A program made the position numbers and the translations under genes. A model generated the notes under the pieces. That model did no database searches and had not been told where the DNA came from. It saw only the letters and a program-made list of their open reading frames with translations. Positions 25,773 to 39,899 of a stretch of 64,000 bases of DNA are shown piece by piece. Location: contig JAQGDQ010000141.1 in assembly GCA_030141605.1 (NCBI GenBank), forward strand, positions 124,001 to 188,000, written 5' to 3'. The DNA comes from Tubiluchus corallicola (lineage: Eukaryota; Animalia; Priapulida). Position 1 is the stretch's first letter. Each line of letters opens with the position of its first letter.

Positions 25773-26578
25773 TTAAAGGAGTGGCCAAGCGTTCTGAAAA
25801 GTTAGGCTTATTTCAACGTTCCCGAAAAATGTTAGATATATTTAGTAATAAAAGCATGATAAGTGCCTCGTGTAATTAGTAAAATAATTTTAAGGTTGCG
25901 CATTTTGAATGCTCATTTTTCCACCAATGACGTCGTTCGTCCACCGAACCGTCAGTGTGTGTCAAAAGTACAAGTTTTTACGAAAAGTTACATAACTAAT
26001 TTTGTGATATTTTTTCATGAACATTGGTAAGCTTCAGAAGTTTGGATTAGTTTAAGCATCGCGGGCTTGCGGAAAGCCACGATTCGCTTCCGAAAAGTCA
26101 CGAAGACCATAAGTCCACTTTCATCACAATAATTTTCAAGTGAATGGCTTCTACCGCACAGGAAAATTTTTATACAGCTGTAATATAAATTAACTTTACG
26201 CTTTAAAAGCAGTTTTTGCAAATTTCTTTGTTACGTTTTTCTAAATTTAAGTAAGTGATAACAGTAAGGTAAATCTAACATGCTAAGTGACTTGTCTTTT
26301 CCTTTAATAACTGCTGTGAGTTAAATAATTAAACCTTTAATAGGTTGCAAAAATGAAAGCTCATTTGCAAATGATATTTTGTTATTCTGCAGTACTAGTG
26401 TGGTAGATAACTGAAAAATTGTGCAAAAAAATAATAAAAGAATGAAATTTCCCGCAGTATACCTTCAAATCAAATGGATCTTTTTAAGGTAGAGAGTCAC
26501 CTCGGGGGGGGGGGGCTTTTGGTGACCCTGAGTGACTTCGACTTCAGGATCACAGTCACGCATTATACTAGGGGGGTG
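25773..26578 (+). mobile_element. Kolobok-like MITE family B (25773-26307) plus a 270-bp tail ending in hairpin and CTAG
   Basis: TTAAAGG...CCTTTAA ends; the same MITE-plus-tail unit recurs at 54749-55530. Confidence 0.72.
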
Positions 26579-28024
26579 TCTTATCCTGCTTAAGTTTGAA
26601 CTTTTTGTATTGAGCTTCTTTTGTTTTAGTTCTAATTTTTTTTTATTAGATAAAAAGCTCAAAGGTAACTGAGCTATCTCAAAATGTCTTACCTTCATGA
26701 GGTACCTTATAACTGTGATTAGCATAAGGATCATGAGGGACATATGCTGAAAGATCAGTCTTCTGAAAAAGCTGATATTGCAATCTGAGATACCTGCCTA
26801 TATGATCCACATGTGCTATTGTTGAAGAAGACGGTTATTATTTCTAATTTGTCTGTGTCTTTTGTCTCTTTCTGTTTGTCTTATTTTGTAGTAAAACAAG
26901 TTTATGCTTTAAACGTTAGCCAAGGGGGTGATACAGGAGTTTTTATCTGTCTTTACAGAGAGTGATATGCCTTCAGGGGCTGTTCTCGTCTTTCTACAAT
27001 CATTACAGATCACTGCAGGTTACATACTGTCTCTGGAGTTGATGACTTGATGGCCGGATCACATTTCAGACTTTTTGAGTTTTCAGTGTCAGTGACCTCT
27101 TCAGATGGAGCATTAAGAGTTTACCTATTCAGATTCTACTATTTTTTCTCTTTTGATTTCAATTTTTTACAAATTTACAGAGCTCTGACAGTTAAATCCT
27201 GTTTCTGTATGTAAGTTGAAGGTAAAAGTTTTGTCGGTTTGAATTTGCATAACGTCGTATTTGTCTGAAGCGTTTCCCAGTTTAGCTTTGCCTATCAGAA
27301 AACTTGACTTTTTACCTATCAAAGTTCATCCTCTGTAGGAATTTTCTTAATGTGCATAATTTGACTAGTTTTAGTGGGGTGCTGTTTGAGGAATTTATGT
27401 TGACACTTATTGGCTAGTCAGATCTGCTTCTGTGGTGAAAATTGCTAAACGAACCTTTATCAATTAGTTTAAGGTTGGTGATTTACTGCATGATCAATAC
27501 ACAAATATGATTAGTCTCCTGCCAAACTGTCAAGTGTCAGCCAAGAAGTTCTGTTTAAATTAGAACTCCTCTAAAACTTCTGCCATGTTCAAGTAGATCT
27601 GTTTTAAGACATGTCAGACATAAGTGTTCAAGGCTTGGAGCACGTCATAGATTTATGCTGATATGCTATGTTATTTGCTGAAAATGTTGAAGGTGAAACT
27701 TTTTTATAACTGGTGAAACAAAGAAGCCAAATCAAAGTATTTCAGAGTGAAGCAACGAAGCCAAGTCAGTGTTTCAGACTTTTTGGTATTGAAAGGAAAG
27801 TAACTAACTTGTAGTCTTTCCTAGCTGAGCAAAAGTGCAGGTTATGAGAAAGGGGGAAATTTAATGGAGATTGCTAAATGCAAAGTTTGTAATTTTAGAA
27901 AGCAGATGAAATGAGTTTTGAACGCAAATGTGCTTTGACCAAATTTGACAATTCAAAATGTTTGGAAATTACTGTATATAAAGCCAAACAAAAGTCGCAC
28001 TTTTGGCTAGGAAAAACAGTTTAT

Positions 28025-28138
28025 TTTGGCTAAGGTTAAGGTTAGGGTTAGCGTTATGGTTATTTATTGTTTCCAGTGCCTTTTTCCTATCACTTTTTTG
28101 CTGTGACCTTTTTTCTGTGACTTTTTTTACCTGGATTC
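28025..28138. mobile_element. Non-autonomous element end with TTAGGG-like repeats and tandem gtgacttttt units
   Basis: ggttaaggttagggttagcgtta followed by repeated (c)tgtgac(c)ttttt; related motifs at about 44180-44450. Confidence 0.4.
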
Positions 28139-29510
28139 GGAAAGTACAGTATCACTATATTTTGGTTGCCACGAGATTGTGTTTAACACGTAATTTATAC
28201 GTGTAGGCACAAACTCCTTTGACGTGCGGTAGTTGCAAAAAATTGAACCAACAGGTTGTTCCTGTTTGGCATGGCTTCAGAACAGTGAGAAGAGCTTCAC
28301 CTCCCACGCTTTTGTCTCTGGTTTCATTTAATTCCGAGCGCCTTGCATTCCTAGGCTGAGTTTACAACTTTTACAAGACGTATCACAACATATCTTTCCA
28401 GGTTTTTTTAAACAAAAGAGCATGCAAGACACTTTTGCATTAGAATTAGCAAATAGTTTTTTTAATCAGAAAGTCACCTACAAAAACGAAAGCGTCATTG
28501 AATGTTTTTCCATGAAAGGTCTTGCTTAGCCATATGGTTAAACTCAGTTTTTTTGACAGCTGTGGTTTATTTTCGTGATATATTTTCGGGATAAATAGGG
28601 GGGTTTGACGGCCTGGCAACTGTCAAGGCCACACGACCAAGGATCTGTAAACTGTGTCAAGTTACTGTTTGGTTTTGCTGAGTACAATTTATAAAAAAGA
28701 TGTAGAATATTCCCCGTCGCTTTCTTGCTGGGTGTTTGTTGCTGCTCTTCGTATTCCACTGTACTTGAGAATCTATAGAAAAGTTGTCAAAATCATTGTA
28801 GATTGATAGCTGGATAGACAGAATTTAAAACATTCATCTATGCAGTATTGCTAAGAAGTTTATCTTAAGTAAGTTACCTTACAAGCTGCTGCCTTTCTTT
28901 TTTTGTGGCTTGGTATTGATCGTTATCGTCACTTATATTATGATTTGTAAACTAACTTATTTTGGCTTCACGAACCAAGATGTCTGAAAATTGTTGGCAT
29001 TCCGCTGTAGACAAATCTGAGAAAACATTTTGCCTGCAGGTACTGAAATTTGGCAAATTTCCAATAAAACAATTGCAGGTTTTCGCGATATGTGTACACT
29101 GTACGTGCTGTAGATGAACAAAATTTGCTCATATTTTTTGCGTATTTGAATTAGACATTAATATTACGTTTGTATATTGCGTTGGATTGAATTGTGTGCA
29201 TTGAATATCGCGTGGCCTTTGCGCATATAAATTCCCAGTCCAGCTTAATATTGCTCTACTGTTAGTGGTAAATGATTAGTTGATTTCTAATTAGATTAAA
29301 AGAATTTTAGGAAGCATATAACAACTTTGGAAACTTCACTTTTACCAAAAGGCGAAGAGTTAAAATCTTAATTTGAAAAGGGTCTATCATTTTAATGAAA
29401 AGATTTCTACAACCACGCTTTAGATAAAGTTTTAATGTTAATTTTTTCCGCGGTCTGTCTACACCGTTGATGAAATTTGGTATAACCACCGGTCCACTAT
29501 ACTGTTACAA

Positions 29511-29790
29511 CGGCTGTAGGTCAAAGGACCACCAGACAGAGGACCGCCGAACAAAGGATCACCCCGGACAAAGGACCACTTTTACCACATTAAAAGCGGC
29601 CAAAGGTCCTTCAGTTAGACGGGTGGTCAAAGGCACACCGGACAAAGCACCACCTGATTTAGTGAAATTGCAACTTTGGCTTATCGTTAATATTTTATTT
29701 AATAAAGCGTGATTGATAACTTTTGGTGATAATACCAATGGCTGATACATGTCTTTTAGTTTTTTCAGCTAGTCCTTTGACCATCCCCCC
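29511..29790. mobile_element. Foldback-type MITE with subterminal tandem repeats
   Basis: ggtcaaaggac repeats at the left end and inverted gtcctttgacc at the right end. Confidence 0.55.
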
Positions 29791-30476
29791 AGTACAGCAT
29801 TCTACTTGCTAATTGATGTAGATGGTGAAAGTAAGGCCTGGACTTAGCACTCTATTCCCAATGACTGTATATATTGGCATTGATTGAGTTGCTGGGTCAT
29901 TAGATTAGCGTCAGTGACGCACGAGTTTCGATTTATTACTAATCGAAGAGAGGATAAAAATATATTTGCTTTAAATATCTACAAGTAGCTGCATGGGAGT
30001 GGCTTGATCAGCATCATTAAATCTCATGTGTATTACCTAAATTGTATTATTGACAAAAGACCTAGTACTAGTACTTTTTAATTGGATCTGACATTTGGCG
30101 GTGTATCTATCTGCTAAGGGTTTTATACGTTTAATGCGATGACAAAATTACCGTCGTTTATTTTCTCATCTAATTGTGTCAGTTCCATTCTTTTGGGAGA
30201 TTAGTTGACTTGTACGTCTTGCTTTTAGCCAAACGAATTTATATCTTCCCGCTGTTGCCATTTACAGGAAGGTCTTTAAGTGAATGTATTTACCTATTTT
30301 CGCGAGATCCTAATAGGCAACGTAGCCAGCCTACCGCTGCTTTTTTATGTTGAGGTTGAATTAATGTCTAGTTCAAAATAGGAAGCTCAAGTTGGTGGGA
30401 ATGGGTATTCGTCCGAGTTATTTTTACTTCTGGTGATCCGAGAAATAAAATATATAACAATGGTGACAATGGTTGT

Positions 30477-30614
30477 GTCACGTGATCATCTCGGGCACCT
30501 GAACTGGAAGTGATTTCAGCAAATAGGCTTGGAGCCTCTCTCGGGCTCTTACATTTGAGAAAGTCGAATATATATGTATTTATTTCGCAAATTAATACAG
30601 TGTTCAGTACAAGA
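30477..30614 (+). promoter_or_regulatory. Candidate promoter and first exon B
   Basis: GTCACGTGAT at 30477, GGAAGT ETS-like site, GTAAGT donor at 30615. Confidence 0.4.
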
Positions 30615-32038
30615 GTAAGTAGATATAGATAATTAGTGACAGTGGAAATACATAAAAACAATAATACAATATGTTCAATTTTGTATTAGTTAGCAAATAT
30701 AACAGCATTTCATTCAGTTCATTTCTTATGAAACCTTCAATAATTAATTCATGTTGACAAGTCCAATAGGATGAATGGGGGACGTACAGTCGCAATTTCC
30801 ACGGCATGTTGATTGCACATTGAGGTGCATAATTTGGTTTTCATTCTTCTAAAAACTTTTGAATCTTGGCAAGCTTTGTAGCCTAGCTGAGCATCACTAA
30901 TTCGCTGGTATCGGTTTGATTGTTTGGGCGCCACTTAGTAACTAAGTTTCATTTAACAGGAACCGGTTAGCTGTCAATACTCGATGTCATACGGTTAAAA
31001 TGTGCAAGTTCGAGTCTTAAGAAAATGCCAGACTTAAAAAAATGCTACTTTTGTTCTTTAATTTTTTTATTATTCTTTCTCGCGTCTCTCTTTTTTTAAT
31101 ATTCTTTCTCGTGTCTCTCTTCTTTTTTCCACTGTCATTTGGGATACGGGATATATAGCCATTGTATAAATACATACTATAAGCTAAAATAGTGACAGTA
31201 TAATTCTAAATGTAGCAGGTGTCGTATTGTCAGTACTATATTATCAGAGCGCGTTAATCATTTATAAAAATAATAAAAACCAGTTTCGCGAAGTCGACAG
31301 ATGTTTTCCTGCATCTAGTGATCTGTTTTCTGGATTAGGGATAATGATCCTCTGGAACGACTAGACTAGACCGTCATTTTGTGCATTTACGCAACTGAAT
31401 GTTGAAATATATGGTGCAGAAATGACCACTTGATATTACTAATGATTTTTTGTCATTCAGTTTAATAATTTTAATTACATACAGGTACGGTCAATTGATT
31501 TAATATTAATTTATGTTAACTGGTAATTTCCAAGCCCAAACCCGAGCCGAAATATAGTGGCTTTAACCAGTCTAGTCGATACTACGCATATCCATTCATG
31601 CCAATGCAAAAGGAGATTTTGTCAAAACCTCACAGGTTTTAATCCTCATTTAAATAGTGAAGAGTTCTGACGCGAGCCACAGTTTAACTGGCTGTTAATT
31701 ATTCGCATTAGCTAAGAGCTTTAAACCTGTTTATTTTTTGCATTGCTTAGTTCTACAGGGAGCTGCTGTACGGTTTTTTGTCAAAACATTTTAACATGGA
31801 GACTGGTTTGGACCGGCTGGCATGTTGCCAAAACGTGTTGCACGTGAGGATGTTTGACTGTTTAGTTTACACCTGAGTTTATCGCGCACATTTCTTTCGC
31901 TTTCAATGTATTAACATGTGGTGTTACAGAAATAGCTGCTACATTTGATGTGGAAATGTTTTTGGTAAATGCGAATTTATTTAATAAGATGGCTTGAACC
32001 GCCATCTTAGGTGGTCCAGCTGAGAGTCTCGTCCCACT

Positions 32039-32064
32039 TCTCTCTACATTTCTTCCCCCTCTCT

Positions 32065-32108
<44 letters not shown>

Positions 32109-32620
32109 TTCTCTCTCTCTTCTCTTCTGTCAGTCTCTCCCTCTATTCCTCTGTCAGTCTCTAACTCCTCTCTCTCTCACACACACACACACACACTCTC
32201 TCTCTCTCCCTCTCTCTCTCACACACACACACACACACATATGCACCTCTCTCGCTCTCTCTTTCCCTCTCTCTCGCACTCTCACATGCATGCACCTTCT
32301 CTCCCTCCTCCCCCTCTCTCTCGCACACACACACACATATGCACCTTCTATCACCTTCTCTCTCTTTCTCTCACACGCACGCGCACACACACACACACAC
32401 GCATGCGCGCACGCACACACACACACACACACACACTCTCTCTCACAACACCCATATGCACCTTCTCTCTCTTTCTCTCTCACACGCACGCACGCACACA
32501 CACACGCATGTACGCACGCGCACACACATGCACCTTCTCTCTCTCTCACTCTCTCTCTCTCTCTTTGTCTCTCTTTGTCTCTCTGTTTCTCTCTCCCCCT
32601 CTCTTGCGCTCTCACATGCT
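32039..32620. repeat. Compound (CT)n/(CA)n microsatellite
   Basis: Direct reading, with recurring atgcaccttctct spacers. Confidence 0.95.
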
Positions 32621-33255
32621 CAATTTCAGCATTCCAAGCTTGTGGATATTATGTATAATTACTGCAATTGATTTTCCAGTTGACATCTCTCCTCCGGATA
32701 TACACCATTCACAGAAAGTCTATAAATATCCTCTCGTGAGAGGTACCTGTAACTATGATCTTATGTCATGACATTTCGTGACATTGTGGTTGCCTTACTA
32801 AGCCCCATTGAATTCACACAGTGCTGCACGCTTGTGAGCTGGCGCCTCTTTTTAGCAGGTGACATTATACGTGAGAAGCTGTGCAGACCTTGCAGTAACC
32901 CAGCTTTGGCTTCATATGCAGCTGTAGTAAAAGCAACACAGTTTATTGGCGCAATAGCTTTATTGTACCGTTGCCCCGGTTTCAGTTTTCGCTGCATGCC
33001 TTGATTCTGTAATTGCTGCATGTTTCACTGTTGTGGCTGGCAGAGAGCTAATTAAATCTGTAACAGTCATTAGTCAGTATTATCAAGCTTTGTGGTATAT
33101 GTACACAAGAAAAAGCAAAGTGGTTTACAAAATGTTTAAAGACCTTGGTGCAATGATAAAAATTAAATTTATAACAATATTGTATTTAAGAACAAAATTT
33201 TTTAGAACAATATTACTGCAGTAGGTACAATTTCTGAACAAGTTTTACATTAGCG

Positions 33256-34030
33256 GTAGAGTAATCAAAGTACTACTGCACACTAGTCGTAGAGTAATCA
33301 AAGTAATAGTGCACACTAGTCGTAGAGTAATCAAAGTACTAGTGCACACTAGTCACACACACACAAAAACAAAAACACACACACAAAACAAAACACACAC
33401 ACACAACAAAACACACAACAGTAGAGTAATCAAAGTACTAGTGCACACTAGTCGTAGAGTAATCAAAGTAATAGTGCACACTAGTCGTAGAGTAATCAAA
33501 GTACTAGTGCACACTAGTCGTAGAGTAATCAAAGTACTAGTGCACACTAGTCGTAGAGTAATCAAAGTACTAGTGCACACTAGTCGTAGCGTAATCAAAG
33601 TACTAGTGCACACTAGTCGTAGAATAATCAAAGTACTAGTGCACATTAGCAGTAGAGTAATCAAAGTACTAGTCCACACTAGTCGTAGAGTAATCAAAGT
33701 ACTAGTGCACACTAGTCGTAGAGTAATCAAAGTACTAGTGCACACTAGTAGTAGCGTAATCAAAGTACTAGTGCACACTAGTCGTAGAATAATCAAAGTA
33801 CTAGTGCACACTAGTCGTAGAATAATCAAAATACTAGTGCACACTAGTCGTAGAGTAATCAAAGTACTAGTGCACACTAGTCGTAGAGTAATCAAACTAC
33901 TAGTGCACATTAGCAGTAGAGTAATCAAAGTACTAGTCCACACTAGTCGTAGAGTAATCAAAGTACTAGTGCACACTAGTCGTAGAGTAATCAAAGTACT
34001 AGTGCACACTAGTCGTAGAGTAATCAAAAT
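33256..34030. repeat. 33-bp minisatellite, about 21 copies, with a CA-rich interruption at 33354-33418
   Basis: Tandem gtagagtaatcaaagtactagtgcacactagtc. Confidence 0.95.
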
Positions 34031-35644
34031 GCTACAGTGTATTAGTGTTAGTACTGCTTGTAATAAAGATTTAATTGTTACAAATGACATTAAATTTTTA
34101 TGCTTATAACGTGTTAATACAATTCATATGCAGTAATAATAAGCGTATAATAAAAAATCAAACAAGAACTGAAAATAAAAATCTGACAACTGAAACATAA
34201 GAACAATGGCAACTGAAATATACTTCATGACACAAGATTAATTCTTTAACAGTCAAAAAGTAAATTATGTAAGTAATAGAACTGAAAACCAGGTGTATCT
34301 ATATATTGGTATATTGAAGTATATTAAATTGGGCGTTAATTTTCATGCACAGGCATACAAAAGTTATAATTTACACAACAAAAAGCAGATACTTATATTT
34401 TAATAATTCTGTAATAAATTTGGTTTGCTGAGGAATCTGCAAGATCTTAAAATACAGTATTGTTATGATTTAATTTTTATCATTGCACCATGGTCTTTAA
34501 ACATGTTGTAAATCACTTTGTTTCTTCTGGTGTACAAATAGCCCAAAGTTTGATAATACTGACTGTCTGTTTACAGGTTTAACTAGCAGAAGTGTTTTAG
34601 TTCCATTGTACATCTCCTTCGTTATCAGCCAGGTAAAACTGTCACTTTAAACCGCCGTAAAGAAGTTTTCCTGGCGATCATTTGTTTTGATTATTGTTTC
34701 CTTCCATTGTTTATTGACCTTATTAACATTATTGCTCCTTCCATTGTTTATTAACCGAGCAGATTGTTGCTTAGTTGCTAGATTGGTTGCTAGGCACGGA
34801 CTGCAATACCTCAGCTCTTCCCATTGTCTGACCTATTACATAAACTCTATTGCAAGTCTGCAGTGCTAAGCTGCCTAAACTGTTAAATTCATAGATAGTC
34901 TTAGAGTTCCTTTTTACCGGATGTAACCCTTTCCTATAGGAGGAAAGTAAATAAAGCCGACTTAGAATTATTTCAGTTATCAGCTGCAAGCGAGAAGAGC
35001 TTATTGATGAAAGCTTCTTGATTTATTCTGGCACATGGCTTCCCAGTTGGTGGTGTTTGAATACATTAACCTAGTTTATCTTAATGTTGGTTTAAAAAGC
35101 CGCCTAGTACTCGCTGCTCGAATAAATTAATCGTTTTTTCGCCTGTCCTGCCAGTTATCCTCAGCAGATCGAAACGTCCAAAATAAATTTCATGGCTATG
35201 TTTACTGCTTCGCTGGTGTTACTACTGCTTATTACACTGATTCCCCCACCTAGTAAGAATTTTTCAGCATAATAACGCAAGGAACGATACGAGAACCAAA
35301 CTGCAAAATGTGCGAGAGCTCTTCTGCTTTTCATTGCAACTTGTTTACGCGTTTTCCATCGTTATTTTTGCGTAAATATTCTAACGTGTTTGACGTTGCG
35401 CCGCAAGGCTTGTATAGGATCTTTTACAACGCAAGCGTATAATAAATTTAGCTGAGAACAATAATCATTGAGTTTTTATGACTTGAAGGCCTCTGCGCTG
35501 CGCAAGGTTCTGTACTGAAAATAATGTCTTTTTACCATTTCTTGAGAGAGATGCTTCATAGCACTTGCGATTAGAAAATGTTATGTCAACTCTGGGCGAA
35601 CGTGTTTTTCATTAAAAGCGTTTTGATTTCACTTTCTGTTGGGA

Positions 35645-35709
35645 GCAGCCTGACGTCATATCACGAGAGAGAAAGCTGCACTAGATATCGATCAGAATTT
35701 TGCCCTGCC
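35645..35709 (+). promoter_or_regulatory. Candidate promoter and first exon C with a full CRE
   Basis: TGACGTCA at 35651-35658, GTGAGT donor at 35710, about 1 kb upstream of the 36673 acceptor. Confidence 0.45.
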
Positions 35710-36067
35710 GTGAGTTTCTTTCCTCCAATATGAACGCTGAACAGCTTAGGAAAATTTCTTCTCTTGGATCAATATTTGCACTAAATTTCTGTGTCATGCT
35801 GCTCTATTTAAGATTGAATCTGCATGTGTTTACGCAAGTTGAGGTTGTTTAGTCAGTAAAAAAGCAAATGCACGTCCCTGCTTTGCATGTCACTTAATAC
35901 GAAATGCCTTTGTAGGGCTTCTTGCTTGTTTTTATATCGGGAAGCCACACACGTAAAATGCGTTTGCATTTAAATGAATGTATTTGGAGATGTCCAGTAG
36001 CAGCGCAGTTCATACCTCGTAATTGTTAAAAAGTTGTCATTTAAGGTGATCTCTTTCACAGTTTCCG

Positions 36068-36109
<42 letters not shown>

Positions 36110-36117
36110 TCTCTCTC

Positions 36118-36197
<80 letters not shown>

Positions 36198-36273
36198 CCT
36201 CCCCCCTCTCTCTCCCCCTCTCTCTCTCTCTCTTCCTCCCCCCTCGCTCTCTCGTGTGTGTGTCTCGCGCGCG
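36068..36273. repeat. (CT)n microsatellite
   Basis: Direct reading. Confidence 0.95.
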
Positions 36274-36697
36274 CACTACAGCACTTTTGTTCTTTCCATT
36301 GCAATTCAGAAGAATTTATAACGCTCCCGTGGTTTTTTTACTGCGTGCCAACCCGAATTTGTTGCCTCCATAGGAAAGCTCTAAATTGTTTCCCCGGCAG
36401 TTTACAATCGTTCAGTGTTTGCTAAGAGCCCCTAGTTTTGGAATTAGCTGCACGATATTTGTTTACTGTAGCTACAGCGTTTTGGCTGAAATCGCCCCAT
36501 ATTTCAATTTCTGGGATCCTAAACCGAGCACTGTAAATGTAATTTTAAAAACTGTAGTTATGTTGGTACATTACTACACTGTACATAGTTTATGAAATTT
36601 GCAGGTATTGCAGCGCGTAGCAGTGTACAGTCAGAATTAGCCTCTCTATAATAAATGTGTTTGTTTTCACAGAGAACTGATCTGCTAATCGGCAAAC

Positions 36698-36835
36698 ATG
36701 ATGGCCAGTGGACGGCAGCCGTTCTCTGGTGGTAGCGTGAAGCTCGAATTGGACACCGGTGATGACCACGACCATGAACATCATCACGAACATCATGATG
36801 ACTTCGATGAGGACGAATTTCACTTCCAGAAATGG
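36698..36835 (+). CDS. First coding exon of an unidentified gene (MMASGRQPFSGGSVKLELDTGDDHDHEHHHEHHDDFDEDEFHFQKW)
   Basis: ttttcacAG acceptor (exon from 36673), in-frame upstream TAA, caaacATG start context, coding-like GC content, TGG|GTAGGC donor. Confidence 0.75.
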
Positions 36836-37290
36836 GTAGGCAATCGATCAAACTTGAATCGTTTCTCTAAATGCCAGCGCTTGTAAAAATGACAGAATCG
36901 CCATTAAATGCTTCAGAGAGAAATTGAATTCGATAAATTTGAGTTGTGGAAATCGTGGGCGATTCGGCGTAATTGAAAATAAACAAAGATTTAGAGGGAC
37001 GCTGTTTTAAGGGCAAACTTTCTCTTGATTTAGTTACATTGTGCAACATAAATTTTCTATTTTGATTTGTAAGCCACATATGATTTTTACTAGCCTCGTT
37101 AGCTTCTTTGGAGTACATAGGGGTTGAAACTTGGAAAATATTTTACAAAGTAAACAGAGCTAATACCTGATAGTATTTTTTAATGTCTTTTTACACAAAT
37201 ATTTATGTATGTAAAAATGATATATAATATAGTTTCGTATTAGCAACTTATGCACCTGTATATACGTTCGACGCACATTTTAGAAACTTG

Positions 37291-37465
37291 TGCGTTCAGA
37301 CTAGCGAATTACTGTCGGTAAGTTAGTGTCTAGTGTGAACGACGATTTACTGTCGACACTTCTCGTAGTAAATAGAGAAGGGAGTGCTTACAGTCAGAGA
37401 AAAACTCGTAGTCTGAACACGCTTGCGAGTTACTTGGCGAGAAAACTCGCTAGTATGAACGCGCC
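37291..37465. mobile_element. Short Harbinger-like MITE
   Basis: Inverted ends gcgttcagactagcga ... tcgctagtatgaacgc, with internal copies of the terminal motif. Confidence 0.6.
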
Positions 37466-38418
37466 ATTAGGTAAAACCCGTGGAATGCAAGAAATGGAAA
37501 ATTATGACGGAACGTAAAACAATTCAATTGACTACAGTAAATTTTGTAAATAAGAACGTACATTTCAAGCTGTATGCTATGCTGCAAATTTTATTTCTTA
37601 AAACTTAACGTACCTTTTGGGCAATTTTGTGCAAATTTCACATTGGCAACGTAACTACGTAAGGCCTGGTTGTGGGAACAAAATTGCAGAAGTTCGGATA
37701 TTACAAAATTTCTCATATACTCTTTTGAATTCTGAATTTTTTACTTTTCTTGATTTTCTGTAGCGGTAAACCTCAGCCAGTTATTCTAGCACTTGATGCT
37801 TTGTTGACTTTTTCGTGATAGTGAGCCCTAAGCTCTCTTTTAACTCTTTATCACGCGATATCCAGTAATTTCCTGTTACGTGTGTGATGGTTTTTGCTCC
37901 CAGAGTCAGACTATTGTTAGCGGTTTAAATATTTTCAAACATTACCTTTGAAAACAAATATAGAACAGCTCTTTGATTTGCAAACAAGTATCAATGGTAG
38001 ATCAGCATTTCTTGGCTCATTAGTCAGTAAAATTAATGTTTAAAATTACGTTGTTTGGCGTGTTTTATCATTCTCATTGGAAGTTGTAATAAAAAGAGGC
38101 ACACAGTAATTACGCTGTTATTACTACTAAACCTCTTTGCTGCTATAAAATTCATTGTAAGTTTCTGGCCCCAATTGATCTAAAGCTGCTTCCATATATA
38201 ACAGCGCGTTTTAGAAAATACATAGGTAAAAATCACGTGAAGCGAATCGACTACAGGAAATTTTGTAAACAAGTCGTAAAGTACATTCGCTTTTTGATAG
38301 TCTTTTTACATTCGGCCACTATGAACGGGCAAGCTCTCCACAATCTGTATACTGAAGGCATTGGATTTTCTTCCATCTGGCAATGTATATCCATCTACAT
38401 TATCTCAATCTAGTTAGT

Positions 38419-38628
38419 TATATCTATTTGTATAATAATATATAATTTTTCGCCCCCCCCCCCTTCCTCCCGGTGGGCCCGATTCGAAAAATAAACCATC
38501 AATGGCACGACACCAGATCGAGACCTTTCGTTTGATATATAGATCGCCGCAAATGGTGCCCTCCTCGAACCTGTAGCCTCGAATCTTATATATAAATATA
38601 TATACCAAGAATATTAATATATAGATAT
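38419..38628. mobile_element. Short non-autonomous element with inverted ATCTAT/ATAGAT AT-rich ends
   Basis: GC-rich core bracketed by tatctatttgtataat and attaatatatagata; family not assignable. Confidence 0.4.
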
Positions 38629-39899
38629 TATGTTTAACCTATTCTGTTGTCCGGCGATTTTAATTTGTTTATCTGATATTCCTGTGACTGTATTCAGTGC
38701 ATTGTCTGACTGAAGTTAAGCAACATTCTGGAGAAACTTCAGATGAGAAAAAACCCTGTTTGCACATATGTATGTGAAATTCCGTTATCAGTTCGCTGTT
38801 TCACCACAGAAGATATCCTTGATACCGAAGTGGGTGCCAATCCTACTACAACCATTGACCATTTGGATACTAGTTTACAGTAAAGCGGGCTGAAAAAACA
38901 TCAAAAATTAGTAGGCATTTAACGACATAATTAATTAGAATATGACTGTGAACACCAGAATGTTTATAAACCACTGTGGTTTATTTCACAATAATTGCGG
39001 CAATGAGTTGAAGAAAGAAAAGAGAGGTGCTGAAAAATTGTGAACCAGCCGGGACTTGAACCAGAAACCTAGGGTTAGACCTAACATACTCTGCCCCTGA
39101 GTTACCAGAAGTTGTACTGATAAGCCCCTGGCATAACAGTGTCTAGTTTTTTGGTGGATTACTGCTGTGTTTATCTGTCTTAAGGGCAGATTTTTTTGTT
39201 TTAGAATTCTATCTGCCCAGTGTCTATAGTAAAAGTAAATCGGAAAAGGTACGTTGATGAAGGTGATGATGACGACAACGACGACAACGATGATGATGAT
39301 GATGATTGATCACCGATATCCGCAGTGTATATTCAGCCTTTCTCTACGCTTTGCAGCTCCGCCCCACATGTAATCCACAGACCAAAACTAGAACTGGGTG
39401 TTAGCGTAATCAGAGGAAATAAAATAGTCAATTCTGCATTCTGTAATCGAAGTAGGGCCATAACAGTTATCGTTATTCGTTAACGCCACCTGTTCGCCCC
39501 TGGGTACGTTGTGTTAGCCTTCGAAACGCAGTTTTCCTGGTGCATATGAAGAATGATTCTTCTGTTGTTGTTGTTGTTGTTTTTGTTTTTGTTTTTCTTT
39601 CGACCATTCCTTTTTGACATAAATAAATTTTCCTCATTTAGTTTATTTATTCCTCATATCTGGTCTTAGACTTCTTTCTATTTGAGACGGTAAACAAGAG
39701 TTCTAGTGATGTTAGAGCAAACAATTCTGTCAAAATAAATTTTATTGCGTCACTTCAGTTATATTAGAGGTCAACAAAAAGGAACCCTCTCCTAGGTACT
39801 TGCCTTTGAAATGACCTTGACTTTTGACCTCAGCTGCGCAGCAACACTTCCTTCTGCTAAATTTGGCAAGCTTCGAGTTGGACAAACAGGTAAAGGGAT

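Noticed and set aside
32011-34109. Long ORFs of 110-266 aa
   Set aside because: Produced by CT/CA microsatellites and the 33-bp minisatellite, which lack stops in some frames.
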